This document shows positions 26,814 to 35,995 of a stretch of 64,000 nt of DNA, piece by piece; position 1 is the first letter of the stretch, and every line of letters starts with the position of its first letter. Source of the DNA: a virus (taxonomy: Duplodnaviria > Caudoviricetes). The translations under genes and the position numbers were made by a program. Location of the stretch: positions 1 through 64,000 of IMG/VR virus record IMGVR_UViG_2934069824_000002; one strand, given 5' to 3'. The notes below the pieces were generated by a model. It was not told the origin of the DNA and did not search any database. It was given only the letters and a program-made list of their open reading frames with translations.

Positions 26814-27050
26814 TTATGGGGTTGTGGTGGGGCCCTTTCGAGTGGGCCCGTTGTGCTTCTTGATCGCCTGGTCGACGGTGGTCCAGCCCTTGCCGAGGTC
26901 CTTGGCGACTGCGTAGACGCTTCCGAGTTCGGCGACGCCCTCGGCGAGAGCTGCCGCCCTTCGTTTGGCTGCGGCGTTCACCTGGGTCTGGAGCTGTTCG
27001 AGCAGCTCTTCCTCCTGGCGAACCCGGTCTCGCCAGGGTTTCGCTTCCAT
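26814..27050 (-). CDS. Small HTH regulator (Kor-like), probably leaderless
   Basis: RRAAALAEGVAELGSVYAVAKDLGKGWTTVDQAIK; ATG lies 7 nt after a TACGGT -10. Confidence 0.72.
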   Translation of the reverse strand: MEAKPWRDRVRQEEELLEQLQTQVNAAAKRRAAALAEGVAELGSVYAVAKDLGKGWTTVDQAIKKHNGPTRKGPTTTP

Positions 27051-27057
27051 CCCCCGG

Positions 27058-27087
27058 ACCGTATCACTGGGGGGCAGTGATAGTCCA
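27058..27087 (-). promoter_or_regulatory. Promoter with perfect operator palindrome TATCACTG-N5-CAGTGATA
   Basis: Arms at 27062-27069 and 27075-27082; on minus TGGACT-18 nt-TACGGT brackets them. Confidence 0.7.
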
Positions 27088-27090
27088 GTG

Positions 27091-27735
27091 TCACGCAACA
27101 CTGCGCGCCTTCGTGTCCTCGTCGACCCACGTCTTCAACTGGGCCCACACGTAGGGCGGGTACGAGCACGTGCACCACGGGCAGACGATCGCCTTCTCGC
27201 CCGGCGCCAGGTGCAGCACAGCCCCGCAGATCGCCCCGGAGGGGTCAACCGCCGGACAGTTGCCCACCCGGGCCCCACGCTCGGGCGCCGGCGGCCGGAG
27301 TATCGACGCCACGGACCCGGCCAGGTCCCGGATCTCTCCAGCGAACTCGCCGGCCTGCGGCCACGACACGGTGATCCACGGCATGTGGCGCAGCAGACCT
27401 TCCACGGCGGCGTCCAGGCGCCCGTCGACACCCCGTCGGGCGGCGGGGTGCTGCCGCATCCCGCGGTCCTGGCGGACGGCGGACAGCCAGTCCTCCAGCG
27501 TCCCGACCATCACGCCCCGCATGTCGAGGATTCCCTCGGCCACGGGGAGCGGCGGCGGGCCGCCCTTTCCGCCTCGCCCCTGGGACACGGCGGTAGAGGG
27601 GGTGAGCAGGACGCCGAGCCCGCGGTACAGGACAGGCAGGCCCTCCAGCCGGACCCGGGTCGACTTCGAGCAGCCGGGGCAGAGGTAGCTGCCGGTCTCG
27701 TCGGGCTGCTCGCACAGCAGGCAGGTGGTGGGCAT
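27091..27735 (-). CDS. Zn-finger-containing phage protein (possible transcription activator)
   Basis: CLLC/CPGC N-terminus; GNCP...CGAVL...CPWC C-terminus; GAGGAG RBS. Confidence 0.72.
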   Translation of the reverse strand: MPTTCLLCEQPDETGSYLCPGCSKSTRVRLEGLPVLYRGLGVLLTPSTAVSQGRGGKGGPPPLPVAEGILDMRGVMVGTLEDWLSAVRQDRGMRQHPAARRGVDGRLDAAVEGLLRHMPWITVSWPQAGEFAGEIRDLAGSVASILRPPAPERGARVGNCPAVDPSGAICGAVLHLAPGEKAIVCPWCTCSYPPYVWAQLKTWVDEDTKARSVA

Positions 27736-27750
27736 CGCTCGTCTCCTCGA

Positions 27751-28272
27751 TCAGAACGGGGGTTCGTCCGAGTAGCCCGGGGCGGGCGCCGCCGGGGCGG
27801 CAGCTGCGGCGGGCGGCGGGCTGCTGGCCCACCCGCCGCCGGTCTGCTGCTGCTCGGGGGGCTTGGCCCCCGCCCACGCGTCGCCCTGCGCCTGGCCGCC
27901 GTTGCCGGACGGGTTCTTCGTCACCGCGGCCGACGCGCGCAGCAGCGACGGGCCGACCTCTTCGACGTCGATCTCGTACGCGGTGCGCTTCACCTGCTCC
28001 CGGTCCTCGTAGGAGCGCTGCTTCAGCCGGCCCTGGACGATGACCCGCATGCCGCGGGCCAGGGTGGCGGCGGCGTTCTCGGCCTGCTGCCGCCATACGG
28101 AGCAGGTGAGGAAGAGGCCTTCGCCGTCCTTCCACTCGTTGGTCTGCCGGTCGAGGATGCGGGGGGTGGAGGCGACGCGGAACTTCGCGACGGCGGCACC
28201 GGCCGGGGTGAAGCGGAGCTCGGGGTCGTCGACCAGGTTTCCGACGATCGTGATGGTGGTCTCGCCTGCCAT
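27751..28272 (-). CDS. ssb: Single-stranded DNA-binding protein
   Basis: [23 protein letters not shown]...acidic tail DEPPF. Confidence 0.95.
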   Translation of the reverse strand: MAGETTITIVGNLVDDPELRFTPAGAAVAKFRVASTPRILDRQTNEWKDGEGLFLTCSVWRQQAENAAATLARGMRVIVQGRLKQRSYEDREQVKRTAYEIDVEEVGPSLLRASAAVTKNPSGNGGQAQGDAWAGAKPPEQQQTGGGWASSPPPAAAAAPAAPAPGYSDEPPF

Positions 28273-28304
28273 CAGGGGTTCTCCTTCTTGGCCTTGATCA
28301 AGCG

Positions 28305-28491
28305 GTGGACGTGCGCGTGGACGTGGACGCGGGATGTGGACGTGGACAACGTGGACGGCGTCCACATGGGCCCGTCTCGCGTCGCGGGAGTGAAATAATT
28401 CATTGTTATGTCCCTTTATGTACTAGTTAGGGGCGTGGCGGATTGAGGGACGGGACGACGTGGACAACCGTCCACGCGTCCACATGTCCAC
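28305..28491. repeat. Putative phage replication origin: GTGGAC iterons around an AT-rich core
   Basis: 7 GTGGAC and 4 GTCCAC copies flank TGAAATAATTCATTGTTATG...TACTAGTTAG; directly downstream of the primase-helicase. Confidence 0.7.
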
Positions 28492-28496
28492 ATCGC

Positions 28497-31121
28497 TCAC
28501 CCCGTCTGAACGCAGACCCGATCGCCCTCCACGAACACCCAGTCGCGGGTCTCCGCGACCTCGACGGACCGCCGCAGGAACGGCCTGTCGCTGCTCCTGA
28601 GTCGACGGTTCAGCTCGCCGAACGTGATCCCGCCGACGGCCGACGAGTGCTTCTTCACGAGGCGGGCGATGCGCTCCAGGCTGCGGTCCGTGTCGTTCTT
28701 CGCCTGGTGCGAGCGGAGCTCCTGCGCGACCTTGGCGTCCTCCTCGCGCCGCCGGGCAGCCTCGGCCTCGCGGGCCGCTCGCTGGATCAGCGCGGCACGG
28801 ACGGTGCACGAGGACTTCCAGACGATCTCGGCGAGTTCCCAGTCCTGCTCGGTCGCTTCGACGCGGCCGCCGTCGAGCAGCGCCAGGAGGGCGGTGATCT
28901 TCACCTTCATCAGGTTGGCGTGGCCGTCGAGCTCGTCGATCTCCAGCTCGCCGCGGTTCCGCGCGACGTGCTCGGCCCAGAGCATCCGCCGGATGCGCTC
29001 GGGGAGCACGATGTTGAGGTCCTCCATCGGCTGGACGGAGGCGGGGTTGACCGGCAGTGGGCCGGGTGAGACGGGCGGCTCGTCGGGGATCGACGGGTCG
29101 GCGGCCCAGGCCCAGAGGAAGCGCTGCGGGGTGCCAGTGCTGGCGTCGGCGATGACCGGCATAGCGGTTGACGGCTGGAAGCCGACGACCATGCCGAGGC
29201 TGTAGGAGCCCGCCGCGACGTACCGGGTGCGCTCCTCAGAGGCGTTGGTCTGGCCGAGGGTCTCGCCGATCGCGGCACGGCGCAGCGTCTCGCCCAGCAC
29301 GCTGCCGGCGCGCTCCGCCAAGCTGGCCAGGGTCTGGCCTTCGTCGACGTAGAAGTAGGCGTTGTGCCGGACCTGCTTCCGGACCTTCCGTGTGACGGGG
29401 TCGCCCTTGAGCGGGCCCTTGGCGTGGATCTCGCCCGTCTCCTCGTCGACCGTTCCCATGAACGCCTCGGCGATGCCCTCCCCGGACCCGATGGGGAGTC
29501 CGTCGCGGAACTCCGGGTCGATCGGGGGGAGCAGCGACCGGGCGACCTTCGTGCCGATGGACTTGCCACCGCCGGATGCGGCGACGACCGCGACGAACAT
29601 GTTCAGCGACGCGCGGCCGCCGATGCCCGACACGGCGGCGATGCGGTGCGACACCATCGCCGACATACGCGCGAGGAGCGAGAAGAACAGCACGTCGCCG
29701 CTGGAGCCTTCGGCGTGGGCGGCCAGGCGGATGTGCTGGAACACCGGGCGGGCGTTCCAGAACTCCTCGGGCAGGAGCCCGGGGTGGGCCTTCGGGTCCG
29801 GCTGGTCGTCGCCTGGGCGCGCGTGTTCCGGCTCCGGCTCGACCAGCTGGCCCGCCCCCCAGAGGTCTGCGGGCGGCGGCGGGCTGGAGCGTTCGGCGCG
29901 CGGCGGGCGGCACTGCTGCTTCACCCGCGCCAGGACGGGGGAGGGCAGCGACCGCGCGGGCGAGGAGCACGGCTGGTCGTAGGCCGCGCGCAGCACGTCC
30001 CGCGCAGCCTCGCGCTCGTCCCCGTTGTAGTGCAGATGCGCCCACAGGGTGGGGACGGTCAGCTTCCGCCCGGACGGCTGCTGACCGACCGGGAGCCCGG
30101 ACCGCTCGGACCAGTTCACCGCGACGTGGTCGTCGCACATGAGGCTGTGGTCGCTCTCGGCAGAGCCCTCCGCGCTGGCCGGGCGCAGCCACTTCTCGCG
30201 GCCGCCGGACGTGCCGCGGTACGTCCACCCGGCGGGCTCCAGGACGTCCCGGAAGGTGAGCATGGACGCGAGGATGTCGAAGACGCTGCTGCCGCCCGTG
30301 CTCGTCGCGCGGGCGCGCGGCGGCGGGACAGCGGGGCGCCCGTGCCGGGCGTCCTGGCGGGCGCGCTTCTCTGCGGCGGCCTTCTCCAGTGCCGCGCGTG
30401 CTGTGGGCTCCAGGGCGGCGGCCTGCTCGTGCATCAGTTGCAAGGGCACGGGATGTCCGCTGCCGGGCACGCTGCCCGTCGGCCGGGCCTGTCCGCCCTT
30501 CCTGTTGACCGTGCCGGGCACGCGCATCAGCCGGTCGAGGTTGCCGACCTGGGTGTCCCAGGTGCAGCCGTGCCCGTAGGCGGCGGCGCCGAGGATGGTT
30601 TGCACCGAGGCGGTCATCGCCTCGACGCGGGCCCGGTCTTCGGCGGTCTCCATGACGTACGGGGTTTCGAGCATCCAGACGGGGTTGAGGCCGCCGCCGG
30701 ACAGCACCCAGCCGGTGGGCTCGGGGAGTCCGGACGACGCCACGATCTGGCGGACGTGGTCGGCGTCGTCGGGGTGGGGCATCTCGTCGGGGCCGGGCTT
30801 GTGGCCCAGGCCGCCGAAGTCTCCGTCCGCCCAGATGAAGGTGACGGCGTGCGCGAGGTCCTTCCCGCCGCGCCCCTTCTCGGGGTGCTCTCGCAGGGTG
30901 GTGACCTGCGCGTAGATTCCCTTCGGGTCGCGGGTGTCGAGCTGGAGGACGTAGTCGACGGCGGCGGTGATGCCCGCCTCGTTGGTGGTGAAGCGGCGAC
31001 CGGCCCAGTCGGCGTCGCTGCAGATGCTGAGCAGCCCGGGGACGTTCTGGTACTGGAAGGCCAGGGACCGGTGGACCAGGTCCTTGTCGACGACGGCCGG
31101 GGTGGGGAGCGGTTCGGTCAC
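28497..31121 (-). CDS. Primase-helicase replication protein (RepB-primase-like N-terminus, DUF3987-like ATPase C-terminus)
   Basis: WADGD...SGGGL...RLMRVPGTVNRK; AASGGGKS Walker A; YVDEG Walker B; GTGA coupling. Confidence 0.8.
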   Translation of the reverse strand: MTEPLPTPAVVDKDLVHRSLAFQYQNVPGLLSICSDADWAGRRFTTNEAGITAAVDYVLQLDTRDPKGIYAQVTTLREHPEKGRGGKDLAHAVTFIWADGDFGGLGHKPGPDEMPHPDDADHVRQIVASSGLPEPTGWVLSGGGLNPVWMLETPYVMETAEDRARVEAMTASVQTILGAAAYGHGCTWDTQVGNLDRLMRVPGTVNRKGGQARPTGSVPGSGHPVPLQLMHEQAAALEPTARAALEKAAAEKRARQDARHGRPAVPPPRARATSTGGSSVFDILASMLTFRDVLEPAGWTYRGTSGGREKWLRPASAEGSAESDHSLMCDDHVAVNWSERSGLPVGQQPSGRKLTVPTLWAHLHYNGDEREAARDVLRAAYDQPCSSPARSLPSPVLARVKQQCRPPRAERSSPPPPADLWGAGQLVEPEPEHARPGDDQPDPKAHPGLLPEEFWNARPVFQHIRLAAHAEGSSGDVLFFSLLARMSAMVSHRIAAVSGIGGRASLNMFVAVVAASGGGKSIGTKVARSLLPPIDPEFRDGLPIGSGEGIAEAFMGTVDEETGEIHAKGPLKGDPVTRKVRKQVRHNAYFYVDEGQTLASLAERAGSVLGETLRRAAIGETLGQTNASEERTRYVAAGSYSLGMVVGFQPSTAMPVIADASTGTPQRFLWAWAADPSIPDEPPVSPGPLPVNPASVQPMEDLNIVLPERIRRMLWAEHVARNRGELEIDELDGHANLMKVKITALLALLDGGRVEATEQDWELAEIVWKSSCTVRAALIQRAAREAEAARRREEDAKVAQELRSHQAKNDTDRSLERIARLVKKHSSAVGGITFGELNRRLRSSDRPFLRRSVEVAETRDWVFVEGDRVCVQTG

Positions 31122-31396
31122 TGCTGCACCGCCGGGAAGTAGTAGCTGCCGGTCGGGCGGCCGACGCACCGGGACTGCCGGGGGCAGACGTGTGGTGCCG
31201 AAGCGGGGCCGGCGGGGTGGATGTGCTGGCAGTCGCAGAACGGGCAGGCCACGACGAGGTGCGTCTGGAGCTCGCCGGTGTGGGCGTCCCGGTAGGCGAC
31301 GAGGCGGGCCGCGGCGGCGACCATGCCGAGCCGGGCCGTCGGTGGCCGGGGCTCGGTGTCCTTCCCGAAGATGGGGAGGGTGGTGGTGCTGGTCAC
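31118..31396 (-). CDS. Small Cys/His-rich protein
   Basis: VACPFCDCQHIH...RQSRC. Confidence 0.7.
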   Translation of the reverse strand: MTSTTTLPIFGKDTEPRPPTARLGMVAAAARLVAYRDAHTGELQTHLVVACPFCDCQHIHPAGPASAPHVCPRQSRCVGRPTGSYYFPAVQQ

Positions 31397-31492
31397 GAAC
31401 GTGCTCTCTTCTACGAGCGGGGCTGGTGGTGTTCGTGAGGCGCGTGCCGCCCGGGCCGCAGATACGGCCCGGGCGGCGTTGCGCTCCCGGGG

Positions 31493-31933
31493 TCAGCCGC
31501 CGGGCGTCCGCAGGGAGTTGAGCATCCGCGCGTGATCCGCGGTCATGATGCGGAGATGCTGCTGCACGTCGCCGACGATGAACGCCCACCGGGTTCCGGC
31601 CGGGACGTGCACCTCAATGTGCTTCGCGGAGAGGTAGAAGTGGGAGGCGATGGCCTGCCCGAGGCCGAACCCGCAGCGCAGTGCTTCCTCGCCGAGGCGG
31701 ACGACTGCGGTGTGGCAGTCGACGGAAGGGTTCGTCTGCTTACGCAGGTCCTCGCTGACGTCGCTGCTTCGGTCGTAGCGGCCGGTGAGGTCGACGGTGA
31801 CGACGAGCCGCACCTCGGGGACCGGCACCACGACGGGCGGCGCCACCGGCGCGGGCTCCGTGGCCGGGGCCGGGAGGGAAGCGAGGCGGACGGGGTGCTT
31901 GACCGGCCACTGGCCGACGGTGTGGTCGCTCAT
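31493..31933 (-). CDS. Hypothetical protein (146 aa)
   Basis: MSDHTVGQWPVKHP...; ATGA coupling. Confidence 0.6.
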   Translation of the reverse strand: MSDHTVGQWPVKHPVRLASLPAPATEPAPVAPPVVVPVPEVRLVVTVDLTGRYDRSSDVSEDLRKQTNPSVDCHTAVVRLGEEALRCGFGLGQAIASHFYLSAKHIEVHVPAGTRWAFIVGDVQQHLRIMTADHARMLNSLRTPGG

Positions 31934-32151
31934 GCTGCCTTCTCCTTCGGCGTGGCCTGCTGGCGCAGTGCGGTGACGGCGGGGGCGAGCGCGGCGCGGA
32001 TGGTGGCCCGCTGCTCGTCCGACAAGGGGGGCGCGGCGTCGACGATGCGCCGGACGCGCGCCCAGTAGGCGGCGTCGCCGTGCTTGGCGTGGGCCGGGCG
32101 GCCGGGGACGGTGAGGTCCCCGGCCGTGCCGGTGGTCTGCTTGTCGGTCAC
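31930..32151 (-). CDS. Hypothetical protein (73 aa)
   Basis: IVDAAPPLSDEQRATIRAAL motif common in actinophage early regions. Confidence 0.7.
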   Translation of the reverse strand: MTDKQTTGTAGDLTVPGRPAHAKHGDAAYWARVRRIVDAAPPLSDEQRATIRAALAPAVTALRQQATPKEKAA

Positions 32152-33098
32152 GCGCGGGCCTCGCTGTCCATCTGGCCGCGCATCGTCCGCAGCGCGCTGG
32201 TGAGGGCTTCGAGCTGGCTGATGGTGGAGTCGACGCCGTTGGCGTCGAGCCCGAGGACGTCGAGGTCACCGGCGGCGAGGTACACCTTCGGGCCGCTGGT
32301 GTAGGACTCGTCCTTGCCGAGGCTGGCGGTGATGCGGATGTCGTCGGCGGGGTGGCCGTCGGACAGGGTGATGGTGGTCTCGTGCCCGGCGTGCTCGATG
32401 TAGCTGCCGCCGCCCTCGTGCTCGTCGTACTGGTGGGTGATGCACTCGGCGACGTTGCACCACGGGTAGTGGCCAAGGTCGGCCAGCGGGCTGGGGAGCT
32501 GGGGGACGGTGCCCTGGGCGATCGCGGCCAGGTGGTCGCGCTGGGCCCGGAGCCGGGGGAGGAACTGCTCCAGGTCGGCGGTGAGCTGGTCGGCTCCGGC
32601 GACGTCGAGGTCGGCGTCTGCGCTGGGCTGTGTGAACACGGCGATCCGGGCGGTGGGGTCGCCGGGCTTCGGGTCGTCGAGGTGGTAGATCTCCGAGCTG
32701 ATGAGGGCTCCGCTCGCACCGGCGGCGGTGACGGAGTACGTCTCGGTGCCGGGTTCCAGCGGGGCCCGGCCGTCGACGATGTCGGCGAGCACGGCCACGG
32801 CGTCGAGGTGGCGGTGGAGCTCAGCGACCCGGGCCCGGGTCTGCGCGGCGGTGAGGTTCAGGTCGAGCCATCCGACGCTGATGTCGACGCCGTCGGGGCC
32901 GTCCTCGGCCATGACGTTGGCGAGGAGGACGCAGTCGCCGTACCCGTCGACGGTGGGGGCCTCGACGTAAGCGGTGAGGTGCATCGAGTGGTCGCCGGTC
33001 TCGGCGCACCAGGCGTAGGCCCCGCACGGCGCGGCGGCGGCCGGTTCCGTCTGGCCGAGGTTCAGCTGTCGGGTGTCGGTGGCGTCTGAGATACTCAT
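32148..33098 (-). CDS. DUF6907-like repeat protein
   Basis: Two WC...H modules each followed by an amphipathic helix; GAGGG RBS. Confidence 0.65.
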   Translation of the reverse strand: MSISDATDTRQLNLGQTEPAAAAPCGAYAWCAETGDHSMHLTAYVEAPTVDGYGDCVLLANVMAEDGPDGVDISVGWLDLNLTAAQTRARVAELHRHLDAVAVLADIVDGRAPLEPGTETYSVTAAGASGALISSEIYHLDDPKPGDPTARIAVFTQPSADADLDVAGADQLTADLEQFLPRLRAQRDHLAAIAQGTVPQLPSPLADLGHYPWCNVAECITHQYDEHEGGGSYIEHAGHETTITLSDGHPADDIRITASLGKDESYTSGPKVYLAAGDLDVLGLDANGVDSTISQLEALTSALRTMRGQMDSEARA

Positions 33099-33121
33099 GG
33101 TGGATCGGCCCTCTCTGCTAT

Positions 33122-33409
33122 TCACGTGGTCTGGTTGGTCGGTTCGCTCGAAGCCGTCGCAGTTACCGCTGCGGCGGCTTCGCTGGTTTCCGGGGAGATG
33201 TGGAGGACGCGGTGCAGGTCCGCCGTGATCGCCCGGTAGGCCCTGCCTGCCCGGATGACCTGGCACGGGAACTCGCCGGCCTTGGCCAATGCGTACGCGG
33301 TCGAGCGCCCCAGGCCGAAGGCGCGCGCTGCCGTCTCCAGGCCCACGACCGCCGGAAGCTCCAGCAGCTCAGCGCGGGTCAAGGAACGCCGGTCAGTGAC
33401 TGTTGTCAT
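33122..33409 (-). CDS. Excisionase/Cro-like HTH protein
   Basis: LPAVVGLETAARAFGLGRSTAYALAKAGEFP; divergent from the repressor; AAGGAG RBS. Confidence 0.85.
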   Translation of the reverse strand: MTTVTDRRSLTRAELLELPAVVGLETAARAFGLGRSTAYALAKAGEFPCQVIRAGRAYRAITADLHRVLHISPETSEAAAAVTATASSEPTNQTT

Positions 33410-33533
33410 TATTCGTGACACTCCTTGCGGAAGTTGCTTCCTGGGGAAGTGGTCCGAGTCTGAGCTGTGGTCCAGTCGCTGTCAAGCTGTGTTGTCTTGT
33501 GCGAGCACAGAAAGCGTGCGAGCGTCTCCCCTG

Positions 33534-33616
33534 TGACACAGGATCCGGGCTAGGGCATCCTGTGTCAGATAGTCCACACACAGAGATCAGGGGAGTCTTG
33601 CCGTCATGACACAGGA
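33534..33616. promoter_or_regulatory. Immunity-region operators
   Basis: TGACACAGGAT (33534) and ATCCTGTGTCA (33557) form an inverted repeat; a third TGACACAGGA at 33607 overlaps the repressor start. Confidence 0.7.
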
Positions 33617-34472
33617 GACCAGCGATGTGAGCTGGCCTGCGCGCCTCGCGCTGGCGATCGCCAGCGAAGTGCGTCGGCACCGCCAAGCGCAGCGCCTGAG
33701 TGCTCAGCAGCTCTCCGACCGCTGCGCGGAGCTCGGCATGCCCATCCAGCGCTCTGTGCTGGCGAACCTTGAGAGCGGTCGCCGGACCACGGTGACCGTT
33801 GCTGAGGTGCTCGTGCTGGCGGAAGCGCTTGAAGTGGCGCCAGCGGCGCTCATGTTCCCAGCGGGCTACAGCCAGGAAGTGGAGGTTCTGCCATCAGTCG
33901 AAGTCAGTCCACTTCGCGCGGTCGATTGGCTCGGCGGCTACACGAAGCTGAGCGGTTTCCCGAAGCATCGATCGAATTCTCCGCTGGTTGCCTTGAGACG
34001 TCATCGGATGATCGTGTCGGAGCTCCGTACAGCACTTCATGACCGCGAAAAGCAGAGGGCTGAGGCTCTGTTGGCGCGACGTCGGGCAACTGACGTGCAG
34101 CGTCGGCAGCAGCTTAAGCAAGTGCTGGTGCTTGACCTTGAGGAGAAGATCGCGAACTCCGCTCCAGAGGCGGCGGACCTACAGGATGAGCTGGAGAAGC
34201 GGCGCGTTGAAGTAGCAGCTGCACGAGCGGAAGCTGCGCAAGCGGAGCAGGCCGCTGAGTTCATGGCCTACAAGGTGGAAGCTGGCGAAGACGTCATTTC
34301 GCTTCTTGCTGGGCGACTAGGTAAAGCTCAGAAACAAATCGAGGAAAACGGGTGGCTGGCGCCACCGTTGCCTGAAGATGTATGGCGAATTGTGCAGCAA
34401 CGCGCCGATCTGGAGACCTTGGCAGGGATTCGTACCCCGCCTGCTCTTCTTCGCGATGGGGACCCGCTTTGA
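33606..34472 (+). CDS. XRE-family immunity repressor with coiled-coil C-terminal extension
   Basis: LSAQQLSDRCAELGMPIQRSVLANLESGRR HTH; position between xis and int. Confidence 0.85.
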   Translation: MTQETSDVSWPARLALAIASEVRRHRQAQRLSAQQLSDRCAELGMPIQRSVLANLESGRRTTVTVAEVLVLAEALEVAPAALMFPAGYSQEVEVLPSVEVSPLRAVDWLGGYTKLSGFPKHRSNSPLVALRRHRMIVSELRTALHDREKQRAEALLARRRATDVQRRQQLKQVLVLDLEEKIANSAPEAADLQDELEKRRVEVAAARAEAAQAEQAAEFMAYKVEAGEDVISLLAGRLGKAQKQIEENGWLAPPLPEDVWRIVQQRADLETLAGIRTPPALLRDGDPL

Positions 34473-34495
34473 GTGTGCCAAGCGCGTAGCGATTT

Positions 34496-35995
34496 TTACC
34501 GCTTCCAGCGCGTCTCGACTGCTTCGTAGTCGAAGTACCCGCCGTCCGGCATACGGCCCTGGCGCGGCGGGCGCAGCGTCACCTCCAGCAGGGCCTGCAG
34601 CACCTTGCGCTGCCGTCCCAGCTCGCACGCTTCCCACGCCGCCCGCACGTCCTTCACGCCGACCAGGCCGACGAGCGGGTCCTTCACCGCAGCCCGGGCC
34701 AGCTGCGCCGTCACGCCCTCCAGCTGGGCGCGCGCGACGTCGGAGCCTTCGGTGAACTGGGCCATGCTGATCTGCCCGGACCCGAACATCGCCGCGAGGT
34801 CGGTCAGCCGCCGGCGGATGGTCTCGCTCTCGACCTGGAGCTTGCCCACGTTGATGCCGTCCGGGGTGGGCCCCAGCAGGTCGACCGCGTCCGGCTTCGA
34901 CAGCCGCTCGACGAGCAGGTCCTGGATGTACGCGTCGAGGACCGCCGCGTTCCGGCCGCCGCCGTGGTTGTCCTGGCACCGGTAGCTGGGCGCCCCGGAT
35001 CCGCCGACCTTGGTGTTGCGCACGGTGGTCTTGCACCCCAGTCGCCCGCACTTGTAGATCAGGGAGCCGAACCACTTCACCTCGGAGCCGGTGGTGGTCA
35101 CCCGGTTCGGGTCCGTGAGGATCGCGACGACCGCCCGGAACTTCGGCTCGGGCACTGCCGGCTCCCACAGGCCGCGGCCGATCTCCTCGCCCTGGTAGAT
35201 GGCGATGCCTGCGTTGCGCGGCCGGAGCAGCAGGTCCCGTGCCGCGTTGTGCGTGATCGGTCGGCCCGTGGTGGACAGCAGCCCCTTGGCGGCGAGCCAC
35301 CGCGCCCAGCCCTTCACCGACCCGGCGGCCAGGATCATGTCCGTGCCGGCTTCGAGGGCTGCTCCCTCCTCGGGGACCAGCTTGGTCATGTCGAGCACGG
35401 GCACGTCGATCTCCTCGTCGGTGCCCTTGATCGCCTTCTTACGGGTCTCTCCGGTGGGCATGCCCCACCCGAACGGCCTAAGCCCGCCGCCGAACTTTCC
35501 GGCCTTCGCCTTCTGGAGTCGGGCACGGGCCACGCGCTCGGCCTTGTGCTCGGACTCGTGCCGGGCGACGGCTCCGTGGATGCGGGCGGTCATCCGGCCG
35601 GACGATGTGGAGAGGTCGAGCTCACCGGCCTGGCAGGTGTGGGTGTCGACGCCGCGCCGCTGGCTGAGGTCGATGTACTCCTCCAGCTCGGTGGGGGAGC
35701 GGTGCAGGCGGTCGGTGTGCCAGGCGACGACGACGGTGGCGGTGCCGAGTTCGAGGTCGGCGAGCATCCGGCGGTAGTCCTTGCGGGGCTTCCCGCTGTA
35801 CGCGGAGAGGTCGTTGTCGACGTACACCTCGACGACTTCCCAGCCGCGTGACTCGGCGAGCGCCTCGCAGTCTTCGCGCTGCCGGTCGACGCCGAGGTGC
35901 GCGCCGGTCCGGTCCTGGCTGATGCGGACGTAGATGACGGCGCGGGGCGTCCCGCCGTTGGCGACGGAGACGGCGCTTCGCAGGCGGCGGCTCAT
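34496..35995 (-). CDS. int: Large serine recombinase (integrase)
   Basis: VIYVRIS catalytic Ser, DNDLSA, DRLHR, recombinase domain, CGRLGC/YRC zinc ribbon, coiled coil. Confidence 0.95.
   Translation of the reverse strand: MSRRLRSAVSVANGGTPRAVIYVRISQDRTGAHLGVDRQREDCEALAESRGWEVVEVYVDNDLSAYSGKPRKDYRRMLADLELGTATVVVAWHTDRLHRSPTELEEYIDLSQRRGVDTHTCQAGELDLSTSSGRMTARIHGAVARHESEHKAERVARARLQKAKAGKFGGGLRPFGWGMPTGETRKKAIKGTDEEIDVPVLDMTKLVPEEGAALEAGTDMILAAGSVKGWARWLAAKGLLSTTGRPITHNAARDLLLRPRNAGIAIYQGEEIGRGLWEPAVPEPKFRAVVAILTDPNRVTTTGSEVKWFGSLIYKCGRLGCKTTVRNTKVGGSGAPSYRCQDNHGGGRNAAVLDAYIQDLLVERLSKPDAVDLLGPTPDGINVGKLQVESETIRRRLTDLAAMFGSGQISMAQFTEGSDVARAQLEGVTAQLARAAVKDPLVGLVGVKDVRAAWEACELGRQRKVLQALLEVTLRPPRQGRMPDGGYFDYEAVETRWKR

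Noticed and set aside
23791-27050. Complete actinomycete integrative conjugative element (AICE) inserted in the prophage
   Set aside because: No FtsK/TraB ATPase, no RepSA/RepAM initiator and no dedicated integrase; a homologous gene sits in the same slot of prophage 2, so it looks like a phage module
28305-28491. Possible CRISPR array
   Set aside because: Repeats are 6 bp and irregularly spaced with no spacers; no cas genes; better explained as iterons
28497-31589. 1030-aa length for the replication protein
   Set aside because: The upstream 156 codons overlap other genes and are low-complexity; GTG at 31121 is coupled to the previous stop
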